64,000 nt of DNA from Lepidodermella squamata (taxonomy: Eukaryota > Animalia > Gastrotricha): assembly GCA_047495785.1 (NCBI GenBank), contig JBLDXI010000074.1:124001-188000 (forward strand), given 5' to 3'. This document shows positions 11,110-23,151 of the stretch, piece after piece. The stretch's first letter is position 1, and each line of letters opens with the position of its first letter. The translations under genes were made by a program, and so were the position numbers. Under the pieces are notes generated by a model that had not been told where the DNA came from, made no database searches, and worked only from the letters and a program-made list of their open reading frames with translations.

Positions 11110-12363
11110 ATGGATTTCCGCTTGCAAGTATTTTTCCAGATAGCAGCGATCTGCCTCATCAGTGCGTTCGCGCTTGAAGTGCCATGGCAAACATTTGGTG
11201 GGGATTTCACGCATTCCGGTTACCGGCCTGTCACGCTTGGACCTGACATTAGTTCTTTAAAACTTGCATGGACCGTCACTCAACCGCGCCCAGCTTCGGA
11301 CCCCTTCTATCCTCCAGTCATCTTCAATGAAACAGCTTATGTTCTAAGCGGACAAGGTTATCTCTTCGCTATAAATTTGAAAACTGGCTTTGTGACGAAT
11401 TTCGCTAATTTCACAAAAACTACGACTCAATACGGCGCGCCAACTCTGAGGGTATCAATCGATCGCTTTAATCCTAATCGAAAAATCGTAACAATTTATT
11501 CCCGATTGATGAATACTTCTCCACTGATAAATACCCTAGCCCTGTGCTCTATCGATGCGATAACCTTCAAGTTGAATTGGATTACAAATACTTTCAAACA
11601 AAACCTTCCATCAGCCATAGATGCGGCAGATGATGCTATCAGCGAAAAGCGAGACACCTACTATGTCTCAGGTGGTAATTGGTTTTCGGCCATCAACGCA
11701 TCAAGCGGCCGAGTAATTCTCGACTCGGTTTATACCCCGATTGGTTTCATCTTCCAAACAGCAGTCGATAAATCAGAAAGATTTTTGTTAGTGTCATCTT
11801 TTGGGAGTTTGTCCGGTTTGCATTTAGATAGTCTGCAATTAGCTTGGTCTACGTCAGTCAACAACACGAATGTCAATCTCTGGTACCCTATCGTGTCTCC
11901 AAATAACGACGGCAATTATCAAATGATTGTAATTGACGGTCCGGATGCAGAGCAATATCGCATTAAGGCTTTAGGATCGATGGGCGAGCTATTTTGGAGT
12001 AAGAAGTATCCCGGAAAGTATTGGGATATCAATGTTGTTCCTAGCCATAATGGTAGCCATATTTTTACGTATTCCAGTCTTAATGATGTTTCCATCTTGG
12101 ATGCCATGTCTGGTAAAACGGTTTCCTATTTGAAATGTGGCAACCCCTGTGGGAGAAATCGTTTCACTGACCAACCGATTATAACTAGAGACTACGCAAT
12201 TCTTAAAACGACGAATCAAATCTTTGTTTTTCGGTTGGTTTCTGGGGAATTGGCAGCGTTTACCCCTGAGCTGTCTGATACGATTAACTCAATGACACTA
12301 CGCGACGGTTACATTGTAATAGCTGACAGCTCTAATTCAGTGCTAGCGTTCAAGGCTGTATAA
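11110..12363 (+). CDS. Secreted PQQ-binding-like (BamB-type) beta-propeller protein, intronless
   Basis: Signal peptide; N-terminal WQTFGGDFTHSGY...LKLAWT motif; repeated blades LFAINLKTG, FSAINASSG, LDAMSGK with Trp docking residues. Confidence 0.75.
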   Translation: MDFRLQVFFQIAAICLISAFALEVPWQTFGGDFTHSGYRPVTLGPDISSLKLAWTVTQPRPASDPFYPPVIFNETAYVLSGQGYLFAINLKTGFVTNFANFTKTTTQYGAPTLRVSIDRFNPNRKIVTIYSRLMNTSPLINTLALCSIDAITFKLNWITNTFKQNLPSAIDAADDAISEKRDTYYVSGGNWFSAINASSGRVILDSVYTPIGFIFQTAVDKSERFLLVSSFGSLSGLHLDSLQLAWSTSVNNTNVNLWYPIVSPNNDGNYQMIVIDGPDAEQYRIKALGSMGELFWSKKYPGKYWDINVVPSHNGSHIFTYSSLNDVSILDAMSGKTVSYLKCGNPCGRNRFTDQPIITRDYAILKTTNQIFVFRLVSGELAAFTPELSDTINSMTLRDGYIVIADSSNSVLAFKAV

Positions 12364-13531
12364 ATATATTCAATCTTCAATCATGTATACATATTAATGA
12401 TGTTTTTCCTCTCTATTGGTTATCGTTGATTACAATAAAAACGGCTGTGGAGAAAACTAGGCCATTCTATTCTTGTATAGCCAGGCAAAGAAAAACATGA
12501 TGCCCACTTCCCAATTGATGAATTATTCACTTGTGATCGATCATATGAGGAAGAGAGCATGAGCGCCTAAACGTAAAGATGCCCGAGAAATGAATTCCTC
12601 GCATTACGTGAAACATCTTAATACCAGTCTTGCGCTGCTTTCATTGTCATCTTTAGCTATTCTGATTGTTCAATTAGCATTTTTGGATCGACGATATGTT
12701 TGTAGTCAATCTGGTGAAAAATCAGCCGTAAATAGCCAAAATGTCATTGTTTACCTTATTGGGCGAAAAGAGGCTGATGCTCAAAATCTCGCGGACTCCC
12801 TCGCCAACCTTTTCCGATTTTTCAACCGGAAGTTCGGCTATCGTATAATCATATTCCACGAAAAGGAAACTGATCCATACAAAGTTTTGGAACTCATCAA
12901 TTCCCGGCATGAGCTTATGGATAATGAGGTATCGCTGATCGAGTTCGCAGAGGTGGAGTTCAAGTTACCGCCTCATTTCTTCCCTCGCTATGGGACAGGC
13001 TTGAACAAACTGAATTTCAAACCGGTTGACGAGGAAAGATTTCCCGGGTACCATCATATGTGCAACTTCTGGTTTCAGGGTATTTTTGACCACCCAGCAA
13101 TGAACGACGTCAAGTACTACATGCGGCTCGATACTGATTCTCAACTGAGGTCGAACATCAAATACGATTTGTTCAAATTTATGGAGAATAATGGCTTCTT
13201 ATACTCATATCGGAGTAAGCTAACGGACGAGCCTTTGGCCACTGTTGGATTGGCTGATTTTGTACAAGATTTTGAGTCAAGGCATGGAGAAAACCTCGCC
13301 GCTCTTCAGTTGCTGAACATACCTCGTAGAAATTCGACCAAACGATTAAATTATCGCCTCCCAATTTACTACAACAACTTCGAAATCGTTCACGTACCGA
13401 CTTTCCGCGAAAACCCACTCATCCAAGCTTTTGAGAGTGAAGTTGTTGATTCAGTGAAGATTTACCTGCACCGCTGGGGCGATGCTCCACTGCGGTACTT
13501 GACCGTCAATATGGTCTTCAATCTTAGGAAA

Positions 13532-15650
13532 TTAAGGAATTCTTCCCGGTGTTGAGGGCAGAACCGAGAATTCTGCCCGCTGAAAATGCCCGAGGGCGTA
13601 GCGGAGCGCAGCGAAGCGAAGCCCGAGGGTATTTTCAAGGGCTGAATTCGAGGTTTTGCCCGAGACACAAGGGAAGAGTTCCTGTTCCTTCCCAGTTGGT
13701 TATTTTCGTTAATCCGACACTCGGACGAGTGAAAATGGGGAATGGTGTATAGTGCGTATGAAAGATGACCGTTGTTAATAACGAAAATAAGAAATCCAGC
13801 TTAAAATTTGTAGCAAATTTTTTTTTTGAATTTTTTTTGTTCGTTGTTCATTTCCTTGTTTTATTATCAATTGAATATTGCGAATTTCCGTCGAATTTTC
13901 AATGGAGATCACTTTTGATATTGGCGACCTGGGCCTCGGTGCTCTCGCTGACGGCTCCGTGGAAGTGAAACTGCGCGAAGAATCCGATCCAATTCGACTT
14001 CTCGAACGAGAACTTGATGCTGATATCGAAGAAGAAGAATCCGATGAAGAGGGTGATACGTCGGAGTTCATTCAAGAAGTCGAAAATTTCGTGGCTGGTT
14101 TTGAAGCAAACGGCACAGCTCAGAAAACCAAGCAGCACTGGAGCCGATTTGTCGCATTTGTCGAGCAGCGATTCCACATTTCGGAGCAACTATTAGTTGA
14201 ACTTACGGTCAAGGATATGGATCTCTATGTCGCTCTTTTTCTCAAGCAGTTGACGAAGACTGATGGTAGCGCGATGGAGCCGACAACGATTCGAGGCATT
14301 TATTCCTCCATCATTCGCCATCTCCGCGATGTGACGAAGAACGAAATCAACTTCACCATGGCGAGAGTCGATTTCTTCTACAGCATGAAAATGCTGAAAT
14401 CCAAGTTTGTCGAATCTAAGCGTGCTGGAAAGGGAAATAAAGCCCGAGCATCTGAATGCCTAGAACGAGAAGATATTGATAAAATGCGTGAGGCGAAAAC
14501 GCTGACTGATGACACGCCAATCGGTTTGATCACGATGCTGTGGCTGGTTTTCACCGTGTATTTCGGTCTTCGTGGCCGTGATGAACATCTACAAATGAAG
14601 TAGGTTGTTGGATTGCCATTGAAAAATTGTTAAATTGGCCGTTTTCAGGTTTGGTGATGTCCAGCTAAAAACCGAATCTGGAGGTCGCAGGTATCTCGAA
14701 TTCAACGAGCGACAGACTAAAACCAGGAATGGCGAATCAACCCACTCAAAACTGGCACCACGAGCATACGAGAACGGTGGCTTTTTCTGCCCGGTTCGAT
14801 TGTTCCTTATTTTTTGTGCAAAACGACCGGGAAAGTTTTCGCGCCCGAGTGACCCAATGTATGTTGGTTGCCTGACCCGATTTCGACCCGACGGCCTCTT
14901 CTACAAATGCCAAAATTTGGGCAAGAACCCCCTTGGATCGCTCCTCAAGGACGCCGCTGTCGGTGCTGGTATTACCAAACGAATCACGAACCACTCGGCT
15001 CGAAAGTTTCTCGTCTCAACCCTCTCTGAACTCGGTGTCGATTCTCGAAAGATCATCCAGATTTCTGGTCATGCATCGGTCGATTCTCTGAACAGTTACC
15101 ACAAACTCAACACCTCTGAACGACGAAGTATCAGCGACAAACTGGCTGTCGGTTTCGGTGATGGACAATCAGCTGCAGTTTCGGGTGTGTCTGCACAAGA
15201 GATCAAGCCAACCGAAGGATTGGTGGTGGCCGAGTCGCATTTCTCGCAAACGCTGCTGCTTCGAAACGTCGAAAATGACCCGCGCGATGAGCCACCCGTA
15301 AAGCAAGCTAAACCCATGCCGATCTTCAATTTCTCGAATTGCTCCGTCGTTATTAACAATTAATCCGGCCCAAACACTTGTTTTAAAGTTTAAACATTCT
15401 AATAAAGGTTATTCACTTGTTCACTCGTTTGGTCAGAGTCTGAAGGTTGTAGTAAAGGGACTGGGAACGGAAATTGAAGTTGTGCAACATTATTTCAGGT
15501 GAGAGGTTTTCCCGAATTTTCGAGAGCATCAATTGATTTTCGAAAATAAAAAATCCACCCTAATCGTTTGAGCGGGCAGAAACAGCGGGCAGAAACATCG
15601 GGCAGAATCACTTTTTCCGTCTAGGCAAAAAATAACCAACTGGGCAGGAA
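13532..15650 (+). mobile_element. Crypton-type tyrosine-recombinase DNA transposon (~2.1 kb)
   Basis: Bounded by the interrupted GT15 gene; AGGAA at both junctions; ~150-bp hairpin at the left end (13535-13683); asymmetric inverted repeat 13681-13706 vs 15629-15654; YR ORF inside. Confidence 0.85.
13902..15363 (+). CDS. DUF3504-type tyrosine recombinase (~470 aa, two exons)
   Basis: Exons 13902-14599 and 14649-15363 (49-nt GT-AG intron) give GLRGRDEHLQMKFGD; catalytic set R (GLRG), K (QTKT), HxxR (TNHSAR), H (ISGH), Y (SLNSY) intact. Confidence 0.9.
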
Positions 15651-17185
15651 CAGGTTTACAAGTTCTGCGACTTCGATTATGAACACGCGTCTTATTTCTA
15701 CGCTACATGCTTACCTCCGTGCGGACCGTAGCTGTCGTAACATAGTACTCATGCAAGGTATTAGAACACAGCAGTCACGCCAGGCCAATATGCTATTTTG
15801 GTGCTATTCATCCGGTTCAGCGACATCGCGTTGTTTACCGAAATTGTCTGTATAATGGTAAACGCGCATTTCGTCTTATTTATTATAATATCATTATTAC
15901 CCTGGCTTCCATACTCATGAAGGTTGCATAGCAGTGCGTAAAGAGGCTGATTTTTGCTTACATCCTCCTTATAATGAAATGACGTCATTTGGGTCAACGA
16001 ATCAGCTATGGAAGTTAACCGTTCGATCAGCTCGTTAATCTTCGTCGAAATGAAGAGACTGCCCATCATTCTGGTCTTCTGCTTCTTCATCTCCTTCACA
16101 TTCATCACTTACATCGAAGATTTCGTGAGAACGTCATACAACACCATTTTCTCCGGGGAAGTCGTTTCGTCGCATGAGATTGATCAATCCGGAGGCAGTT
16201 CTAACAGCTCAAAATATCCTGGCGAATAAACTAACGTGTGACAAATGTTTCGGCTAAAATGTTGCCAGAATGTGAAATAACCGGCTCGTGTCCATTGCCG
16301 CTTGCGATATGGACTACGAGTCGAGCTAAATTGATGGGTTAACGCGAACTTCGGCGACATGCGACGCCCACTTTTTCACCAAGAAAGGTACTTTTACATG
16401 GAATCCACTCGGCAATGGGAAAGCTGTGTGGTTTTAAAATGCCTTCTTATTGAAATTGATGGCCAATCCATGCCCAAAAAATAGCTTTAGGACGAATTTA
16501 CATTATAACGAGTTGGACAGTTTTTTGAGCCCAACTGGCCTCCCATTTTGAACTTTGCTGCTTGTGAATAATCCTACGTACGGTAGAGGCGTTGGTCAGC
16601 CCTAATATCAACTTTTCTTCATAATTTCTTCTCTTAACTTCACTCTCTCGATTCTCGGTCAACTTAATTCAAATCATGATTGATGATCACACTGTATTGT
16701 GCAAATCCTGTTTGTGTTCGCCATCACGTACATCACGTACGTACGTACATCATCGTCAACTCTTTTCATCTTCGCTGATGCCGGGAGCGATGCGCACAAA
16801 ACGGCAAGCTTCAGCTGATGAGCTGCTGCTGATTACAACAGCTGAGTGAACAATCGATTCGATTCCACGGCTATCACGAACTGTTTTTATTATTCAAACT
16901 AAAATGAACCCCTATCTGCGATAGAAGATAAGTAAATGATGTTGTAGTTCTGAAAATGGGGTTTTCAAACTGTTATCAAAATAGTGACTGACTTGGTTGC
17001 ACGCGTGGATCAATTCGTTCTCTATGATCAAAGATACATGTTGAAAGCTGGAATTTTTATTGTAAACTTGAGTGAACTATTATGATACACAAAGCTAAGC
17101 CAGCCCCATGAAAGGGCGAAAAATAATTGCAAGATATACATTTGGCAATAAAATGCGGTGCTTCTAATTTGATTCATGCCGGCAA

Positions 17186-17616
17186 TTACATTTGACCAAG
17201 CCGCTGCAGCAGGTAGTACGAAGACGCAAGTGCGATGGCTAGGGCCGTTTTGCTTGCCGACCAGTTCCGCTCAGCTCCGCTTGTTTGTGTATTACACAGG
17301 TCAGTTTGGCAGCACTGGGCATTGAAAACTCCGCTGGCCGTTGGGCAAGTGGGAGTGCACATACGGTTGTACATGCTAAATTTCAAGTTACATTGTACGA
17401 TTTAGATGAATTCATACTGTTTGAAACCTACGTTCCATAGCTACCAACTGCATAAGAAATTGTGAGGCAATTTGTGTAGCCCGTCGCGCAGGTGACCGGA
17501 TTCGTTGGAGTCGTACAAACCGCGCACTGGTAACACTGGAATGCGTCTGCGTTCAAAATCAGTGAGCCCAAAACTCCGAAGCAAACAAAAATCACGAAGA
17601 TGCCCGATTTCGCCAT
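17186..17616 (-). CDS. Ly6/uPAR three-finger protein 1 (predicted GPI anchor)
   Basis: Exons 17616-17432 and 17375-17186; signal peptide, FQCYQC...CCQTDLCN, 10 Cys, hydrophobic tail. Confidence 0.9.
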
Positions 17617-17795
17617 GATTTTAAAATTAATCTCACTTTTAAACTTCTATACGCTGTGTACAAACAAGTCAATAAAACTTTGACAGCAATCAGGAACTAC
17701 TCAGCGCCTACTCTCAGGAAAGCAAGGCAAGCTTCTAACCCAGTAGCCGAACTTCAAAGCAAGTTTAGAAGCTTCAAATAAAGCTGAAAGATTGT

Positions 17796-18254
17796 TCAGT
17801 AAATTTTATTCATTACTGCTACAACAGCGCCGAAAAATAATACAAGCACAGTCGAATCTGCCGCCGATAGCTTGCTAGATGCGCTAATTTTGTACGTATT
17901 ACATGTATCGGATGTGCAGCAGCTGAAAAATGTCAGGAATTAATGTTTTGAACATGTCAACCCTCAATCCTTACTTGATTGAAATAGATCCCCCACTAGT
18001 TGGACATGAAGGAGAACACATTCGGCTGTAGATGCTGTAAAATCCCATGTTAACTTACATCGGAAACTCTGGGAATTTACTTACGTTGAATATCCAGAAA
18101 AAGCGTACATGACAGTTACACAGTAGGTGTATCCGGTGGCACAAGTTGTAGTGCCTGACGGCGTTTCGCAGTTGGCACATTGATAGCATTGCAAAGCCGA
18201 AGATTGGTGCGTAATTACGGCGAAAGCGATCGAAAGAGCAAGTAATTTACTCAT
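17796..18254 (-). CDS. Ly6/uPAR three-finger protein 2 (absent from the ORF track)
   Basis: Exons 18254-18085, 18034-17975, 17922-17796: MSKLLALSIAFAVITHQSSALQCYQCANC...CCTSDTCN plus GPI-type tail. Confidence 0.9.
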
Positions 18255-19100
18255 TTTACCCGAAACGTATAATGCAAGCGTGCGGCAAAATAAGGAAAAC
18301 TAGAGCGCGATCTACTGGTTTCTGTCCCCTTTTTATAAGCCCCGGGCACTTGACATGATCATAAAGATATGATCAACACACGGCGGTGGACTGGCGTTAG
18401 GTGCCATTTTCGGCAGAACTGGGCTTAGATGAGGGCGCGGAGGACATTTTGAAGATATGTCATCTTGGAGATGATAGGGGTATTATTTAATTATCACTGC
18501 GCAACATGATCCGTTATACTCAACAATGCTTGTGTCCGCGCTCGAAAACAACCGCGGAATCGTGGGCGTAAACAAGTAGCAAAAATAACTGCTAGTCCGA
18601 ATCTCATTGTCATTTGCTTTGATCCGTAGCACTACTAATGAGAGACTTACCTCTCTGTTCTATTTCTTTCAAAAGCAAAAACTAAAATCTACTCTATTTC
18701 AGCCAAAAGCAGGCACGGGTTAATTTTTAACATTTTTATTACGAAAGGAAACAGTCATCATTGCAAGAAAATTACTGCTTTCCTCCAACTTTAAATACAA
18801 GTCATATACTGCTTATGAATCAGGATGAGAATTTCGATGAGAGACAGAGGTGAAAACTATCAGTCAAAATATCGATATAAAAAGCAATCAAGCATCATAC
18901 GTTGAGATATTAGCACCAAAAGCGGCTTTTCGCAATATACTTTCAAACCTTGCTTTATCGCGACTCGATGATGATTGAACGGAGCATTCTTATACAGATA
19001 TGAAATAAAATACGGAAAGGTTGATTCGTTATGAGTGTTGCGTAATAATATATGACTCGTGCACACGGTTGTTGTTTCAATGGGCATCGGACTGAGAAGT

Positions 19101-19590
19101 TTACTGACGGAAATACGCGGCGAGACCAACAGACGCCAGTAGGACGCTGAAGGACACAAACCGGCTGTTGGCATCGGAGCTGGCCGGGACGACGTACGAG
19201 TTGCACAAGTCAGTCGAGCAGCAGCTAAACATAGCAAATTTAAAATTCGACTGAATTCTAAGGTTTTTGCGAACTTACTTAGTAGTGAACGCGCCACTGC
19301 TGGTCGGGCAGCTTGGGGTGCACAGACGAGTGTAGGTCCTTGGGAAACACAGATATTTATAGGATTAACAAAGTCTAGAAATAGCTAAACACTCACGTTC
19401 CGTATCCTGAGACGGTGTAGTAAGCAGTCATGCATTTGGTGTAACCCGATCCACAGGTCACAACTTGGCCTGATGAAGAGCCAGCCGAAGCGCAGTTGGC
19501 GCACTGGTAGCACTGAAGGGCCAAAGTTTGCATGCAGAACATGCCGAGAACAACCAAGCAGGCGAGAACACCAACGGAGAACTTGTTCAT
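19101..19590 (-). CDS. Ly6/uPAR three-finger protein 3
   Basis: Exons 19590-19397, 19338-19279, 19224-19101; LQCYQCANC...CCSTDLCN plus hydrophobic tail. Confidence 0.9.
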
Positions 19591-19772
19591 TGTTGCCGAG
19601 AGTTTGATTTCGAAAGCTTAACTATAATAGCGCCTATAGCTGAGATGGAAATGAGCATTAAATTTATTCAAAGGAAAATCGGTCGCAAAAAACATAAATC
19701 TATGGAGGTAGAAAAATAATTCTATTTTTGGATCGTGATGAGCGTTCATGAAAGAGTCTTCGAAATGTTTTG

Positions 19773-20919
19773 TCAAAGAGCAAACATAATGCTGATCAGT
19801 GGAAAGAGGGCTATCGAAAGGCTTTCGACGCGATGTCTGAATGCTGAGCTCGAAATGGCACCATTGCAGTTGTTCGACTTGCAGCATGCTGAAAAATTAT
19901 ATCAGGGTGAAATGAAATCTCAAGAAGAAAAAACGTCGCAAGAGAATATCATATATACTTATGCATAATGACTTTAAGCTTCCACTATGGATAGGTTTTG
20001 CTACCAGGACTCCATCCTCTTAGATTATCGCGAAATATCTGTTTGAATAGGGACAAGGTCTAGGTAATTTTTATGGTTTTCATTGTGTCTCCGCCGAATT
20101 GCGTCTCCTTCGCGTCAAGAACGTTTTGCCTTAGTGCGATCACTTACAAAAGTTGCAAAACACAGCTGAAATGCGATATACAACCGGTGCCCTTGAAACC
20201 TATGCTACTGTTTGCGATAGGCTCATGTATTGACGGTGTATGTCTTGTCCGGGCTATTAAACATGACAGGGCAATAAAAAGGGAGTATTTCAATAAATAT
20301 GGTATGTTGGGAATGGATTAGGACTTAAAGTGACTATAATCAATGAATCAAAGCTACTTCCTTATCCAAAAAAATTCTCTAAAAACTCATGGATTTACAA
20401 TGGATTTACAATGGAAACCTTAGCTCCATTAAACGAAGTCCCTCAGACTTGAGGCCTAGAGTGAGAGTGAGTTGAGTAGAGGAATAAAGTCAGTTTGCCT
20501 AGGGTGGGAAAACAACACAAAGATGTTGTTAAGCTTATGGATCTTTCATATGGAGCATGTCCAATTTGCCAGGCGATAAAGCGTGATGTAGGGTGGGATA
20601 AAGGAGGTTTAAATACCGACGGAGAAGGATCCGCCCCCGATGGGGCAAAACGGCAGGCACATGCGTTCCGCGGTTCTGGAAAATTACAACCATTGTTAAG
20701 GTGCCAAATCGTGCGCGTCAAAGCGTCTTACTTTCCCCACACCTCGGCGTTGACTATGATGGTAACGCAGGTGTACGCGTTGGCTTTGCACGGCGTCGAT
20801 ACGCCAGTGTCGCCGAGACCGCAGCCACTGCACGAGTAGCAGTTGAGGGCGCTACTCGGCCGCATCAGCAGTAGCGGCATGACGGCGGCGAGCACGACTG
20901 CCAAGTGGTGATTCTTCAT
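19773..20919 (-). CDS. Ly6/uPAR three-finger protein 4
   Basis: Exons 20919-20732, 20675-20617, 19888-19773; LNCYSCSGC...ACCKSNNCN plus hydrophobic tail; splice phases compatible. Confidence 0.85.
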
Positions 20920-23151
20920 CGGCCGTCGTCGATTCTTATTCTTGGGTACTGTTTGAGGCCCAGTCAAGCGCAACTGGGCGTGCAATTGTTTTTCAACAAT
21001 ACCTGTCTATAGACGGGAAAAATCAGTTGTTATGACACCTTATTAGTAATGCTAATGATACGCAACCTTGGGCTATTTAATTGGCATGGCTTAGCAAAAA
21101 ATAGGGCAGGTCTGCATTAATGCGAGCGTGCGCGGAAAAAAATATGACCATCTCGTGATACGCGCGACTAAATGGGAGAAAAATAGCGGCCGCCTTATAA
21201 GACAATGTGGACAGACAATGCCGGGGCAGGCGTTACAGCGTGACACACTTGTATGTTAATGGCAATAATAAATAACAGGCAGGAGAGGCTTTTGTCAGCA
21301 TGTCAGCATGTCAGCGTAGGCTAGAGACAAGGGCTGCGTCGAGTGTTGCGCCATTGTCAGAATAGGAAGCGCGTCTGCAACTACTCGCAGCATATAGGTG
21401 CAAATACACCGGCTGTCTCGGGGAGGTGCAGAGGTGGCGGGGGCTGAGCGGCCAATTGGCCCTCGAACGTGCACCGGCAACCATCGTTCTGCCTGAGCCT
21501 TCAGCGTTCTCTCCTCGGCCACTCGAACAAAGACGATGTTAAACACAATAAAGCCGGTCGACAAACACTGCGAGTGGTTAGCAAGCCGACGTCTTCAGTC
21601 ACGCTTCGACGCGTGTTGTATCTCTCAATCGGCATGCGTGTGCGTGTGCCACTCCTTGGCAGGAAATGAGTTTAAAAGTGAGTCGTGATGCTCTGAATGA
21701 GGGGACTACTGCCTCTTCAATATGTCGAAGTGTCGCGGAACGGTTTTCGGTGCACGCGAGGTATCGTCATCGCTTCCGAGCGATGATGCACCCGCCGACC
21801 CAAAAAAATTGACCGTTTTCCATTCCATTTCCGTTCCATTCAGACATAGCACGTAGCCGAATCCATATGAAAAACGATTTGGTGTAAACTTATTCTTGCC
21901 TGGAATGCTTCCACGCTCTATAATCGTAGGCGTGAAATTTGCTAGTGACCTCTCTGCTCGGAATCGATGACTTCTTAATCGGTGATTAAGCATTGAGCAG
22001 CTTAAAATTGACCGCTAATTCATGGGCAGGAATTTCCTCAATCCTCATCATCTGATCAAACCTTTTTTGGTGCCTTACTTGGTACCACGCATCATATCTG
22101 GCTTCGCTTGATACAGAGCATCTCACGTTTTAAGGAAAGCAAAAGTATAGAAGTTATTTAGAATACAAATCAGAAACAGCAAAATTCAGGAAGTGGCTAA
22201 TCTTAAGGTTTCAGTGAACAGCAAATCCTAATTTTTTATCTAATTTTGGAACTTGCGAGTTACCTTCCCCGAGTTCTCATCGTTCAGACAGGGGAAATCT
22301 TAAATTAGGAATCAGAAATCCTGTCCTATGTCGAATGGTCCGACGGATTTTTACCTGTAAAATTTAGTAATATTGAAAGATTGAAGATTAATCCTCCAGC
22401 GATGCTTGCATTTGAGACGCCAGTTTAAAGGTTCAAATCTCCTCTCTAATTTCATTTATCCCTAATCCCTATAGGAGAATTAGATTGTAGAGAAGAACAG
22501 TATTCATACTTTTGTTAAACCTGGCAATACATTGTTTCCAACTGCACATCTGCAATGCTTTCACGCGTCTCCACGTTTTCTAACGAGCCCCTTCTCAATC
22601 TTCAAATTGTTCAGTTAAATTGCAGATCCTTATCCTCCGTCAACTAAGGATGATATTAATTGCCTTGACTAACATAAAGATGCCTCGTTTTGGGAGTTTT
22701 TTCCTTAGGTAAATATGCTTTAAGGTGGGTGGCAGTTGTCGTGAGGAGTCTCAGTTACTAAATAGCTCTGTTTTATGGTTAATGATCCTTGCCCAAGGTA
22801 AACAAGTTCGAAAACAGCATAACGCCTACCTGGGAAAGACTAATTTATAAACTTGGAGATCCCAAAGACTGAATCACTGCTTCGTCCAAAACCTTAATGA
22901 TATTTGCCTTATCGTAACACAATCCAACACTTGAGATGCCTTTGCACTTGACACCTATTGCTTTTGAATAGAGGCCTCATGAATACTTCCAGTTTTATTA
23001 CTTTTTGTTCGCATTTTCCCAATCGCATTGGCCGTCGATGAAGAAGGGCAATTCGAAAGTAGAAGAAATGTATGCTGTTTAACTACAAAATATCAGAATG
23101 AGTAGCGGAAGAAAGGAGAAAAGAGCTTTTCATTGTTTTTTTCATTTCATG

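Larger units (their letters stand above)
12590..15731 (+). pseudogene. GT15 (KRE2/Mnt1-like) alpha-1,2-mannosyltransferase interrupted by a Crypton; coding parts 12590-13531 and 15651-15731
   Basis: Type II membrane anchor; motifs GYHHMCNFW, YYMRLDTDS, YNNFEI, HRWGDAP. Removing 13532-15650 restores ...NMVFNLRK-QVYKFCDFDYEH...GP*, containing the family's terminal F.D..Y.H motif. Confidence 0.8.

Noticed and set aside
13514-15653. Crypton removed as an intron to rescue GT15 (CAG|GTT at 15653 is in phase)
   Set aside because: No polypyrimidine tract and no convincing in-phase donor.
15761-16500. Possible degenerate gene downstream of GT15
   Set aside because: Short frames with stops, no recognisable motif or consistent splice model.
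21180-22000. GC-richer block with short ORFs inside the Ly6 cluster
   Set aside because: No Cys pattern or known domain, so it cannot be supported as a gene.
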